The notes beneath the pieces are model-generated. The model searched no databases. It saw nothing but the letters and a program-made list of their open reading frames with translations, and was not told where the DNA came from. Of a stretch of 64,000 nucleotides of DNA, positions 48,351 to 64,000 are shown piece after piece. This DNA comes from Salpingoeca rosetta (Eukaryota > Protista > Choanoflagellata): positions 225,454-289,453 of the forward strand of contig JAWQFM010000017.1 in NCBI GenBank assembly GCA_033442325.1, read 5' to 3'. How positions within the stretch are numbered: position 1 is the stretch's first letter; each line of letters opens with the position of its first letter. Both the position numbers and the translations under genes were made by a program.

Positions 48351-51300
48351 ATGACGATGCAGCGAACCGCAGAGGCGGCACACCAAGCAACCCGGCGGCG
48401 CATCTCGCAGATGCTCCAGCAGGCATATGCGGACTTGAAACCGGGAACCATGTTCAAGAGCAAGGATGATGTGTTACGTGCTTTGGCAGCCGTCGCTGTG
48501 TTCCATGGATGCAACCACTATGTGAGTGCCTTACCTCGGTGTATGCGTATGCGCCCACGTCCTGTGTTTGTACGTGCTTGCATGCAAGCAAGGAAGCACG
48601 CGCGTCCACTCACTCTGTCTGCCTTTCTGTCTCTCTCTATACTCACACACACCACACACACTCACTCTCATTCTCTGTCTCTCTGTCGCTCTCCCACATA
48701 CACACACACACTCACACTGTCTGTCTCTCTCTCCCACACACACTCTCTCCGTCTACAATTCTCCTTCATCCCCTCTTCTTTCCTCTTCCATGCACGCAGG
48801 TGTACGCTTCGGACACTTTCGCCATTCGTGTCATCTGCGGCAACGAGAAGAGGCGCCAGGATGCGCTTAACATGAACGCGAGTGACCCTTCCCCGCTTGG
48901 GTGTCTCTACTGCTGTACCAGCACGATACAGCCTTGCGGAAGGTTTAGAGTGAATCAGCTCGGCATACATACTTGCCGCAACAGCAATCGGACAGTCACA
49001 TCCCAGGCGCTTGCGCGCGTTGACCAGGCCATCCTTGGTACTGGTCTCCAGATGGTGCAGGTGGCACGAGAAAGGTGTGTGTGCGTGTGTGTGTGTGTGT
49101 GTGTATGTGTGTGTGTATGTGTGTGCGTGTTCGTGTGTGTGCGTGCGTGCTAGGAGACCCATCACACCTGTTTCCCACACCTTCCATCCCCTCTGAATTG
49201 CCGCTGGCTTGTGCAAGATACCTTCTCAATATGACACCAGGCCAGATGTACCGCTACCGACAACTTCTTCAATGCGACGCAGAGCGAATGGCATTGGAGT
49301 ATGCTAGCCTGCGCAAAACCGTCAGTGAGTGTGTGCGTGTGCGTGCGTGTGTGTGTGCGTATGTGTGTGTGTGTGTGTGTGTGCGTATGTGTGTGTGCGT
49401 GTGCGTGTGTGTGTGTGTGCGTGTGCGTGTGTGTGTGTGCGTGTGCGCGCGTGTGTGTGTGTGTGTGCGTGTGCGTGCGTGCGTTGTCTCGCTTCCAGGG
49501 TCATCCATGTCGCACACACACCCGCACACACCCGCACCCTCACACAGGCTCGCACACTCACGCACGCTTACACCATGGGTTGTTGCATTGCCCTCGTCCT
49601 CCGATCCATGTGCAGACGCCATCAATCGCGACGGCCATCATGCTGCACGCGTGGACGTCGTGGACGGAAGATTCGACTACCTCGTGTTCTGCCTCAAGCC
49701 AAACACGATTTCCCAGAACTCGCCCCGTGTGCTGTTCACGGATGCCACGTTTCTCCCGCCTCCGTATAGGTTGAAGCTCCTTCTTCTCTGCCAGATGGAC
49801 GCTGACAACAGAGCGGTCATCCTCAGTGCTGCCATTGCCTACGAGGTCAGCCCGGTGCACGCGTGTGTGTGTTTGTGTGAGTGATTGAGCGTGTATGTGT
49901 TTGTGCGTGTACACGCATGCTTTGGATGCGTGTGTGTTGTGTTCTGTGTGCATACCCACTTTGGGGTGTTTGCCCTTGCCTACTCTTCCTGCGTGACCTT
50001 CATTCTTCTCACCGTAACAACTCTCATGTATAACAACACCCGTGCTCTTGTCTCAGGAGACGAAAGAGGCGTACACACAGCTCTTCAATTTCACCATCGG
50101 CCACATGGGCCACCTCAACGTACGCAACTGCTACATTTGGTTTGTTGTTGCGCGTGTGTGCGGGCGAAAGTCCTCCCCGCTTTGTGCTGTGATTCACGCT
50201 TTCACGAACGTTCAACTTGCTTGCTCCCAATACGTGTGATACCATGGACAAGGACACCTATACCGTCTTCTCCGACGAAGGCCCGGGCGTTGTTGCCGCC
50301 ATCGAAGACGTGCACCCTTGGAGGCCGATGCTGTGCACCTTTCATATTCGAAAGAACATTGTGCACCAGGACCTTTTCACAAAGGTTGTGGAAGCAAGAA
50401 CGCACGTACAGTTTGACACCGCTATGGCAGAGTATTTCCGCGTCAACAGGGCCGAGGCACAGAGGATCATGCGCAAAGGTCGTCACAAATGGTGCCAACT
50501 GTTTGCTGTTGCTCCAACGTAAGCGCAAGGCTCAGTCCCTTTTTCTTTACGCTCGTGTGTGCGTGTGTGTGTGCGTGTGTGCGCGTGCGTGTGCGTGTGT
50601 GCGCGTGCGTGTGTGTGTGTGTGTGTGCGTGTGTGTGCGTGTGCGTGCATGAAGGCTGAGTGACGGTTCTCCTCGTACTCGGCTCTGCCCTCACTTGGCA
50701 CCAACCCCTCAATCGCCTTAACTAGATTCGGCTGGCACACGTCAAACCTCGTCGAGTCCATAAACGCAGCACTGAAGAAACACAAAAAGGTATGTCCGCG
50801 GTCAGCTTGGTCATGTGTCGATGGCTTTGTCGCGTCCGTTGCCGTGATGGTGAATGAACGTACTGATGGATGCACTCACTCACGCATTGCACGCATTTAC
50901 ACATGCACACGCTCAAGTACTCTCACTGACTCACTCTTTCGCACTTGTACTGACGCTCGCACCAAACCAACCCACTCTCTTTCACACCCGCATGAAACCG
51001 ATGACTACCCATCAACACGTACCTCGTTGCAATAGTTTGGGCCGGTGTCTATAATGGTCGCAATCACGCACTGGATGGCCAGGCGACGTTTGGATGTGCT
51101 GGCGCATGCCGAGACACACAGCTCTCCTCTCACAAGTTTTGCTGCCGAGGAGGTTGCTGCGAGCTGGGGCGCTGCTGCTGGACTCGCGGCTTTGGACATT
51201 GGACATGGTCGAGTGCACGTCCACAGACCCAATGTGCAACCCCACCAACCGGTACGACAGAGGGTTGCGCGGTGGTGGTGTCGTGACATCGATATGTTTG

Positions 51301-52262
51301 AATACACGCACGTGCATGCGTATGTGCATGCGTATGTGCATGTGCGAGTCTGTGCGTGTCTTTATTGTGCACATGTGTTGTGTTTGAGTGTGCGCATGTG
51401 TACTGTATGCGTAGTGTGTTCTCGTACACCTGCATGCGTGTATCTCGGTTACGTACCTCCGTGCCTATCCAGCCCTACCGCCCACAACCACCCTTCCATT
51501 TGCCATGTGTCATCCCCATACAGACAGTGACTGTAGCGAATGGCGTCTGCAAGAACTACAGCGGGCTTCCCTGCAAACACATCGTTGCAATCAACCATCC
51601 TCGCGCTCACACCGTACGTCTCACGAACTTGGCTAGAGAAATTGATGTGAATGAGTCCAATTATCAACACACATACGAGCACGCAGACACACACACACAC
51701 ATGCACACACACACACACATACACACATGCACATGCATTTGCGTGCTTGCTGACACGCACACGCACGCACACACACATACACACATACAAGTAGATCCAC
51801 GACATGTTCAAGCAAGCCGTCTACGTGCAAGCCTGGCATGACTTTGGCCTGCATGTGCCGTTGGAGGCGTCGAGCGTGCCTTGCGACATGCTGCCACCAC
51901 CTGCAGTCATACAGCCCGGGCGACCGCAGGAGAACAGACTGGAGCGACAACCACGCAACCGCACGCGTAATCGCAGGGGCAGGGGTCGAGGCAGGGGTAG
52001 AGGCAGGGGACGTGGTGAAGGTGGTGGTCGGGGTGGTCGACGAGGTGGAGGGAGAGCGAGTGTACGGGGGATAGCACGCGGCAGAGGCGGCGCACCTACG
52101 GCAGATGCAACCGCGCCGCCATTATCACAACCACCACAGCCACCACAACCGGTCTTCGTGAACGCGGCACCACTCATACAACCCCTACTCGGGGCGCATC
52201 AGGCCCATTCCCACCAGCACTGCCTGCACCTGTACACGGGCCAGCAGCGCCACCGCCTCTGA
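48351..52262 (+). CDS. MULE/MuDR-family DDE transposase with SWIM finger, about 10 exons
   Basis: LKPGTMFKSKDDVLRAL (MuDR N-terminus), VLFTDATFL (D1), E|ETKEAY, VFSDEGPG (D2), LCTFHIRKN (CxxH), TSNLVESINAALK (E), GLPCKHIVA (SWIM), PP..PGRP and an RG-rich tail. Splices in frame with GT-AG introns. Probable frameshift near 52190. Confidence 0.93.
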
Positions 52263-53519
52263 TGCATGCCATGATGCCGAGCTTGTCAACGACACCGGTC
52301 ATCACAAGCATATTGACGCCGCTGCAACTACCAATGACTGGAGCGGGATGGCAGACGTCAATGGCAGCATTGTCTGCAGCAACGGCAACAACGGCAGCAA
52401 CAACGGCAACAGCTGTGATGGCAGTTGAAGCAGCTGCAGCAGTAGGGGTTGTCCCCGCGCACATGACGACGATGGGAGCCGGGACGTCGCCACCTTCCTT
52501 CCCCAACACGGCGCCGCCGTCACCCATGTCTTTGACGCCTACAGCGACAGCGCCACGGCCATTCTCACACACATCAGTGGCAGCCTTTCCGTCACCGACT
52601 CCCTTGCTGGCATCACCATCATCATCAGCATCGTCGTCGTCATCCTCATCATTCGCGCCGTCTCAACAGCAGCGGCCGCAGCAGCAACAGCAGCACAATC
52701 GGCAAACACTGCTGCACCACCAGTATCACTCTCAGTGTATGCAGCGCTTGCAGACAGGCAGCTTGGGACGGACGAGATTCACATGCTCGGCTGTCGGTAA
52801 GCGACTGCTATGCACATCACTATCAGTGTTTCAGTGTGCTGTGGTTGTGGAGTTCAGCGCATGCTCGATGACATGACGTCCTATCTGCTCACTCACCTCT
52901 GCGTATGCGTGCGTGTGTGCGTGTGTGCGCGTATGTGTGCCTGTGTGCGCGTATGTGTGCGTGTGTGCGTGTATGCGTGTGTGTGTGCGCGTATGTGTGC
53001 GTGTGTGTGTGCGCGTATGTGTGTGTGCGTGTGTGTGTGCGTGCGTGTCTTTGGCTGTGGCATCGAGGATTGGGCGGGCTTTTGAATCCAAGCGCGCTTC
53101 AGGGCAGCGACGATGATGCTCGCAACCACCGCCGGTTCAAAGTAGCAGACAGAAGGCTCTTCTCTGCCCAGGTGTGTGCATATCTGCGTGTATGCAAATG
53201 TGTATGCAGGGATGTGCGTGTGTGTAGGTAGTTGTGTACATGAGTGCGTGCGCGCGTGCGTGCGTGTGTCTGTGTGTCTGTGTGTCTCTGTGTGTGTGTA
53301 TGTGCGTGCGTGTGTGTGAATCGCCGCGCATGTGTACGCATGCAGTTCGCCTTCTTCACTCCCCGCCTCCCCCCTCACGTCCTCACGTCCTCTCCCGCGA
53401 CGCACGCGCCTTCACTTGCATACAGATACAGCGCATTCCTTTCCTGCGCCATACGACGGCGCGGTGCACGTGGCAGACTCATCTACGCAGTCTTCCACAG
53501 GGGTTCAGACAGCGAGCAA

Positions 53520-56500
53520 CCGAACAGGAACAGGATTTACTGGCCCGCAATGGCAGCACCTCATCACCTGCAACGTCACGCAAGACACCACCCCGCAGTT
53601 CAGCGCGCAGCTGTTCCCCGAGCCGCCAGACATCATCATTGCCTACGACGAGCGTGCCGTCTTCCTGTGTTTCTCTGGGTTTCGCAGCTCCGCCAGCGAG
53701 GACGGGCCGGCGCTGGTCTTTCGCACCTGCACCGCCAGCGGCAGGCTCGGTGCGCCATCGGCAACCTGCGTGGACACTGACGAGTGCGCGTCGGTGGCGC
53801 AGGCCCGTCGCGCCCTCAGCAGCCTGCAGCAGTGCATCAACACCAACGGCTCGTACGCGTGCGCGTGCACTGCGCCCGACAGCATGCTCAGCAGCGACAA
53901 CCGCACATCCACGTACGCTGTCCAGCCAGCTCTTCCCAGACACCATTGACACGGAGACGGCGCTTGACGTGGTGGACGTGCTCGTCGTGGCGCAGGACCG
54001 CGACCTCAGCACCCTGCCCATCGACAACATCACCATTGGCAACCTCCTCATCACAGAGACGAGCTGTCATCCAGTCCAGCATTCGCGTGCGGCTGCAGCG
54101 GGCAGACCTCCGCTCCACCGCCGCCATCCCCGTCTCGCCAAGCCCAATTGTGCTGCACATGACGGATGGGAGCACCCTCTCCACCCAGCGGCTCGCCATC
54201 CTCCGCACCATCTGCCACCACATCCACACACACACACACACACACACACACNNNNNNNNNNNNNNNNNNNNNNNNNNNNNNNNNNNNNNNNNNNNNNNNN
54301 NNNNNNNNNNNNNNNNNNNNNNNNNNNNNNNNNNNNNNNNNNNNNNNNNNNATCGACGACTGCAGCCCCAACCCTTGTGGCCCCGGCACCTGCACAGACC
54401 TCGTGGCAGACTTCACGTGCTCCTGCGAAGGCACGGGCTTCCAGGGCGACCTGTGCGCCCAACGCGTGCAGTGCCCAGCACCGGCAACTGCGGATGCAGC
54501 CACCATCACGTCCCAGTCACCAGGGGTGGACGTCCACTTTTGAGGACTCTGTTGTGTACTCGTGCCACTCCGGTAACGTCGTTTACAACACCACATCCGG
54601 CAGCACGCTCACCACGCTCCTTCCCCCAGACAGCACGCCTGCCTACATGACCTCGTTCACCCGCACGTGCCGGGCCGATCAGACCTACACCAACACGGAG
54701 CTGGCGTGTCGTGACGTCAACGAGTGCGACCCAGACGCGTATGCAGCCTACACGGCCGCAACCGGCAACAGCAGTCGTTCAGCACGGCGTGCCAAGACGC
54801 ATGCACCAACACAATTGGGTCGTTTGAGTGCTCCTGCCCTGCCGGGTTTGAGCTGCAAGCGGATGGGCGCTCGTGCGATGTGCTGTCGTGTGGGCTGCCG
54901 CCTTCTCGTCCCTTTGCCACCGTGGCCAGCCAAGACCAGCCCCGCACCTACCAGCAGCAGGCGCTGTACACGTGCGATGATGGCTACACCACCACGGGCG
55001 ATGCACAGGCTGCCGCCACCTACACGGCTACCTGCACGGCGACAGGCAACTACACGTTCCAAGGGACGTGTGTGGAGGTGGACGAGTGCGCCGCCCAGCC
55101 GTGCATGAACGGCGGCATGTGCACGGACCTGGTGAACGCGTTTGAGTGCGCATGTGTCGGCGAGTGGGGTGGCCCGACGTGCAGTGATGACACCAACAGG
55201 CCACCAGAACGCATCTCCCTCAGTACCACGCGCGTGCCAGAGAACACCTTCCCGCTGCCTCTCGTCACTGTCACTGTGGAAGACCCAGACACCCACCAGA
55301 GCCACACGCTGCAGGTGCTCTCATCAACACCACCCGGTGTCATTGTCGTGGCAACGACAAATGGTGGCAGTAGCAGTGGTGGTGCAGGTGCAGCTTCTCC
55401 CACTCTGGAGATTACGCGTGCACTGGACTTTGAGGTGGATGGGTCGGCCATCGAGGCTGTCGTGCGTGCAACAGACAACGGCACCATTTCCCAGCTGTCG
55501 GCTGACTTTCTTGTGCGCATCAACGTTGAGGACAACAACGACGCGCCAACAGCCGTGTTGCTTGATACCACCAGCATTGCAGAGAACACGCCTTGTATCC
55601 CGCATCAGCACCGTGGACCAAGATGCTGGTGACACCTTCACATACGCACTTGTGTCCCCGCAAGGCTCAACAGCCGCTGCAGCCTTTCAAATCGCGGGCG
55701 ACATGCTGCTGGTCAAGTCTGCAGTGCCGCTCAATCACGAGGCCAACCCTGTCGTCACCACATCCATCTCCTCCATCGACAACAACGGCGCCGTCGTCAC
55801 GTCCACCTTCAACATCAGCGTCGCTGACATCAACGAGCCGCCCACAGACGTGGTCGTGCACGCCATCAACGACACGTCGCAGCAGCTGCTGCAGCAGTTC
55901 CTTGTGCCAGAGCAGCCAGCACATGCCACAACAGCAGCGCAGCCGTGGCTGGTGGGCGCCGTGCGCGTGCTGGATCCGGACACGGCCGACGCCACCGCAG
56001 ACCCGCATCCGTTTGTGTTTGACGTGTCCCCAGCCGGTATTGCCTACATTGAGAACCAGCAGCTGTTTGTCGACCGGTCGGCACTCGATTTTGAGTCGCA
56101 GTCGTCCTTCGTCATCATTAACGTCACCGCGCGCGATGCCCGCGACAGCTCCCTTGCCGTGTCACACCAGTTCACGCTGCTCGTGCAAGACTTGAACGAG
56201 TCGCCCTCATCTGTCGTCCCCAACGGCGTGTCCTTCCATCTCCGAGCATGCGCTCCCGGGCACCGTGGCCGGCTCGCTCACCGTACAGGACCCAGACAGC
56301 ATCGCCAACGACACGCACACGTTCCTGCTCACCGACGCCTCTGGCAAGTTCGCGCTCGTTCCAGGCAGCGACCGACCGGCGTACGGTGTAGCTGGTGCTG
56401 GCAGCGGGCGCGACGCTGAACTACGAGGTGCGGTCCGTGTTCGTTGTCACCGTCACCGCGACGGACCAAGGCGGCCTCTCCGCCACATCGCAGATCCTCG

Positions 56501-59347
56501 TGTCTGTGCAGGACAGGAACGACGCCCCGACAACGCCCACCATCACCAGCAACAGGCTTCCCGAGAACACGACGGCGCTTCCGTTCGTCGTCGGCACGCT
56601 GCAGGCCACGGATGAGGACGCGAGCCAGATGCTCCAGTTTGCGATTGACAGCATCGATCCGCCACACGTCGCGCCCGTGTTTGCGCTAGACGGTGCAGCA
56701 CTCGTTTACGACAACACAGACAGCCCGGACGTTGTCGTGAGCCACGAGACGACGCCGACCATTGCCTTCACCATCACCGTGCAGGACTCGGGCGGCCCTG
56801 GGGACAACGACCCACCGCTCAGCACAACGACGGACATTGTTGTTCGCGTGGTCGACAGCAACGACGCGCCACAGGGCTTGGTGCTCATCAACGCAACAGC
56901 GGCCGTCCCGGAGAACGCAGTGGCCGGCACCTTCGTTGGCACGCTCGCGGTCACGGGCGAGGACATGGGCGAGACCATCACGTTTGAGATTCTGCTTGGC
57001 GGTGAATTCCTGGCCGTCGCCACCCCGCAGCCCACCGCCTGCTCCGGTGGTGCTGGCCTGTGCACTGCGGATGTTGTCACGACGACACCGCTNNNNNNNN
57101 NNNNNNNNNNNNNNNNNNNNNNNNNNNNNNNNNNNNNNNNNNNNNNNNNNNNNNNNNNNNNNNNNNNNNNNNNNNNNNNNNNNNNNNNNNNNNNNNNNNN
57201 NNNNNNNNNNNNNNNNNNNNNNNNNNNNNNNNNNNNNNNNNNNNNNNNNNNNNNNNNNNNNNNNNNNNNNNNNNNNNNNNNNNNNNNNNNNNNNNNNNNN
57301 NNNNNNNNNNNNNNNNNNNNNNNNNNNNNNNNNNNNNNNNNNNNNNNNNNNNNNNNNNNNNNNNNNNNNNNNNNNNNNNNNNNNNNNNNNNNNNNNNNNN
57401 NNNNNNNNNNNNNNNNNNNNNNNNNNNNNNNNNNNNNNNNNNNNNNNNNNNNNNNNNNNNNNNNNNNNNNNNNNNNNNNNNNNNNNNNNNNNNNNNNNNN
57501 NNNNNNNNNNNNNNNNNNNNNNNNNNNNNNNNNNNNNNNNNNNNNNNNNNNNNNNNNNNNNNNNNNNNNNNNNNNNNNNNNNNNNNNNNNNNNNNNNNNN
57601 NNNNNNNNNNNNNNNNNNNNNNNNNNNNNNNNNNNNNNNNNNNNNNNNNNNNNNNNNNNNNNNNNNNNNNNNNNNNNNNNNNNNNNNNNNNNNNNNNNNN
57701 NNNNNNNNNNNNNNNNNNNNNNNNNNNNNNNNNNNNNNNNNNNNNNNNNNNNNNNNNNNNNNNNNNNNNNNNNNNNNNNNNNNNNNNNNNNNNNNNNNNN
57801 NNNNNNNNNNNNNNNNNNNNNNNNNNNNNNNNNNNNNNNNNNNNNNNNNNNNNNNNNNNNNNNNNNNNNNNNNNNNNNNNNNNNNNNNNNNNNNNNNNNN
57901 NNNNNNNNNNNNNNNNNNNNNNNNNNNNNNNNNNNNNNNNNNNNNNNNNNNNNNNNNNNNNNNNNNNNNNNNNNNNNNNNNNNNNNNNNNNNNNNNNNNN
58001 NNNNNNNNNNNNNNNNNNNNNNNNNNNNNNNNNNNNNNNNACATCACCATCCTCAACGTCAACGAGCCACCGTACTTGCTGGAGCTCAGCACGAGCTCTG
58101 TTGCGGAGAACACGCCACCAGGCATCCCCATCGCTACCATCGTTGCGTTTGATGAGGACAGGAGCGGTGACGAGCACACGTGCCAGCTGCTCTTTGGCGG
58201 CGACAGCGCCTTGCTCTCCTTGTTGCCGCCCAACACACTCACCGTGGCCGCGGGTATGACCGTCAACTTCGAGGAGCGCGCCTCGCTCACGTTTGCTGTG
58301 TGGTGCAGCGACGTCAACGACGGCACCGTGTTCGCGACAGCCAACCTCACCCTCGATGTGGTGGACGTGCAGGAGCCACCCACGGCCGTCGTGTTTGCTG
58401 CGTCTGAGCCTGTGCCGGAGGTTCGCTCGCAGGCGATTGTCCTTGGCACGCTGAGCACGATTGACGAGGACGCGCAGGACAGCACCATCTTTGTGCTCTC
58501 GGACAATGACGGCGGGCGCCTGACCATTGCGCAGACCAACGAGGTGGTCATCTTGGCAGACGCACCACTCGACTTCGAAACACAGCCCGCCCGCACCTTC
58601 AACGTCACCGCAGTCGACCTCTCCGGCATCCCTGTCTCCCGCCAGTTCACTTATGAGGTTGCAGATGTGAACGAGCCACCAACAGCACCCACCATTACCC
58701 CAACTCTTGGAAACGGCGGTGACAATAGCAGCGATGTCACAATCATCCCCGTGCCCGAAACGACGGCTGTTGGAACCGTGATTGCCACGCTCGCATCCAC
58801 AGACCCAGAAGGCACGCCCGTCAGCTTCGTTGTTGGCGGCCAAGACAGCGCGTTCGTAGCTGTGGACGGCGCCTCCATCGTGCTCGCCACTCCCGTTAAC
58901 TTTGAGGGAGGCAGCAGCAGCAGCAGCGACGCCAGGTTGTTCTTCTGGGCACGAGCCAGCGACGGCGTGAACGACTCGCCCACCACGCACGCTGGCATCG
59001 CCATTGGTGACGTGAACGAGGCCCCATCGTCCATTGTGGTGTCACCCACACGCGTGCCGGAGAATGCGCTGCCGGGCGCGGTCACCCTGAGCGTCACCAT
59101 CACTGACCCAGACGAAGATGACAGTGTCGTCATCACCGGCATTGCAACCGATCCTGCCAACATTAACATCACCATTCAGACGCAGCCGTCGTGTGTCAGC
59201 GTTTCACCACAGGAAGGCAACAACGGCACGCTTGCTGCTGGGTACACGGAGTGCAGTGGCGCTGTGCTGTCGCTGAACCAGCCCTTCAACTACGAGCAGC
59301 TTCCCTCCTTCGTGCTCACCTTGCACGCAGCCGTGCCTGCACTGTGA
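53520..59347 (+). pseudogene. Internal fragment of a large EGF/sushi plus cadherin-repeat adhesion protein, multiply frameshifted
   Basis: Ca-EGF (DTDEC..CINTNGSYAC, DVNEC, EVDECAAQPCMNGG), sushi modules, then at least 10 cadherin boundaries (DNNDAP, DINEPP, DLNESP, DRNDAP, DSNDAP, NVNEPP, DVQEPP, DVNEPP, DVNEAP; also LDFE/LNYE, ATDED). Frameshifts near 53915, 54065, 54535, 54775, 55590, 56235 and 56385. No start, signal peptide or TM segment. Contains gaps 54252-54351 and 57093-58040. Confidence 0.92.
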
Positions 59348-60101
59348 CGTACGTGTGTATGCTGAAGTAAAGACAACTTTTCAAGGACACAGTAAGGGGG
59401 TGGCAATCACGGTTCGAGGCAGCCATCAGCGCACAAACAAAGCACCTTGCATCCATGTGATCCACAACATGAACACACACACACACACACACACACACAC
59501 ATCCGCTTGTGAGGCGATGTTCGTGCGGTTGAGCCCGGTCACATGAAGTCTTGGCCACAGGCCAGCCGCACAGAGGTACATCCATATTCACCTGCAGCAG
59601 TCACAGGCACAACATCAAAGGGGAGCAACTTGAGTGCTTGAGTGATGCACCGGACAACAAACACGATGCACAACACGATGCCAACACCAACCACACATGC
59701 ATGCACACAATCGCTGCAACTCTGGCTCCTTCTCCATCCCCAGCCCTCTCCCAGGGCTTGTCTGGGGCAGCCAAGAATTGCTTTGGTGATGTGAATTCAT
59801 CACATCCAACACAAACAACACGTGGGCTCAACACCCTCATATTGAGGACAATGCGCTTGAGTTACGTTTGACAGCACTTTGAGGAGGTTGGACGTGTACA
59901 TCATTTATTGTGTGAGAGGAGCATACGAGGAAACCACATGGAAAGGAAAGTCGTGCAGACCAGGGAAGGAGGATACAACAAAAACAGCAGCAGTGGTCAT
60001 GAGCAGAGGTGGTAATCGACATGGAAGCCAAGATTGAGAAGGGGAGGCTGTGCGAAGAGGCGAAGCTCGGTGGGCGGTGTGGTGTTCGTGTTCATGTCAA
60101 G

Positions 60102-60614
60102 CTACTTGGCGCATGACTTCATGAGGGTAACGACCTTGTCGCTGAGCTTGTCCAGGGCCTGGCGTGCCTCCTTGCGCTTTCGAACGGCCTCTTGCACAGC
60201 CTCGCGTGTCTCCTGAGTCTCAAGCGCCTTGTGGACTTGGACCTCCGTGCAAACCCGGGCACAGAGCGTGCCGTAGCTAACTTGGAGCTCTTGCAGTTGT
60301 TCGTTCGCACGTCTCAGCCGATCCTCAGGGCGGGCTGTCATTTCAAACCAGCCCTCCTGAATGGACTCGCAGAGGCGGCCAGCAGCAGCTTTGATCTCGT
60401 CGAAGTTCTTGTAAACGGCGTACAACACCGCACCTCCAACAACAGCGCCGGCGATGACTGGATGTGCAACAGCAAAGTTCGCAGCCCCTTGAATAGCGCC
60501 TTTCACAAAAGGCACGGTTGCCGCGACAGCGGCATCAAGAGCTGGCGAAGCTTGAGCGGCGAGCACTGCACTGGCCGCCATTGTTGCCTTTGCCACCTCA
60601 TGCGGGCGAGCCAT
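60102..60614 (-). CDS. Orphan intronless ORF: Ala-rich N-terminus, one TM helix, coiled coil
   Basis: MARPHEV..AHPVIAGAVVGGAVLYAVYKN..RLRRANEQLQEL..EARQALDKLSDKV. Repeat-free and coding-like, with no family recognised. Confidence 0.55.
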   Translation of the reverse strand: MARPHEVAKATMAASAVLAAQASPALDAAVAATVPFVKGAIQGAANFAVAHPVIAGAVVGGAVLYAVYKNFDEIKAAAGRLCESIQEGWFEMTARPEDRLRRANEQLQELQVSYGTLCARVCTEVQVHKALETQETREAVQEAVRKRKEARQALDKLSDKVVTLMKSCAK

Positions 60615-60994
60615 TGCTGGGGTTTTCGTCGACCACACACTTCGAGTTCACCTGTGCTGAAAATGCACCTTACACCTTTCGCCGGCCAGTTTGGTAACAG
60701 CAATAATAGTGTGTGTCACATCACACCAGAGTGGAGATGGCACGACATAGCACTTTGTCGGTTGTTGGGCGAATGCAGGCTAACCTGCCGTGAGTAACAC
60801 CTATGGCAGCAGAGCATGAGCAATCGTTTCGCGCTCAGAACTGCAAGTAATTGACATCATGGTCAGTTCGACAAAGGGGTGGGTAGTGGCTTCTTTGTAC
60901 CACTCCTCATTGATGACGAGACAAGCATTCATTGCTCCCACCTCCACCAGGTTCCAATTTGCCACATTTTCCGTTGGTTTTCGGCACAGACAGC

Positions 60995-64000
<3,006 letters not shown>

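Noticed and set aside
52735-53500. Ulp1-like protease domain downstream of the transposase
   Set aside because: There is only a vague resemblance (LGTDEIH, VHVADS). No HW or QxxxxDCG motif is visible and the frames do not join cleanly.
60650-60710. GGTAACAGCAATAAT as the right TIR of the MULE (versus GGTAAAGTTGCAATAAT)
   Set aside because: The match is short and gapped, has no terminal CCCC and no TSD. It is not enough to define a 13 kb element.

Overview
Eukaryotic, intron-rich genomic DNA with (GT)n/(CA)n-filled introns and six N gaps. Gene content (cadherin, TKL-type kinases, NELF-C/D, Rabaptin) and intron style point to a choanoflagellate, most likely Salpingoeca rosetta (inference). The supplied ORF track is mostly microsatellite read-through, so gene models were spliced by eye and exon boundaries are approximate. 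The window has three parts. (1) 1-33.7 kb is a compact housekeeping block: NELF-C/D, MOSC/mARC, an RRG7-like PD-(D/E)XK protein, MRPS10, HIG1/Rcf1, FEN1, Rabaptin-like, PYROXD2, a DHHC palmitoyltransferase and a ubiquitin-like gene start, mostly in tight head-to-head pairs. (2) About 34.5-60.6 kb is an accessory island: a multi-intron Mutator (MULE) transposase plus a second MULE fragment, embedded in a mosaic of broken gene pieces (RRM/possible RdRP N-terminus, 7-repeat beta-propeller, tyrosinase, two inverted kinase copies, LRR, P1B-ATPase, EGF/sushi-cadherin) and one orphan ORF. (3) 61-64 kb is the 5' part of TRMT6/Gcd10. Best leads: a recurrent 5' GU-rich / 3' CA-rich intron polarity with pyrimidine-tract-less acceptors (possible structure-guided splicing), the Pack-MULE-like island, a double E2F site at FEN1, and a candidate poison exon in TRMT6.
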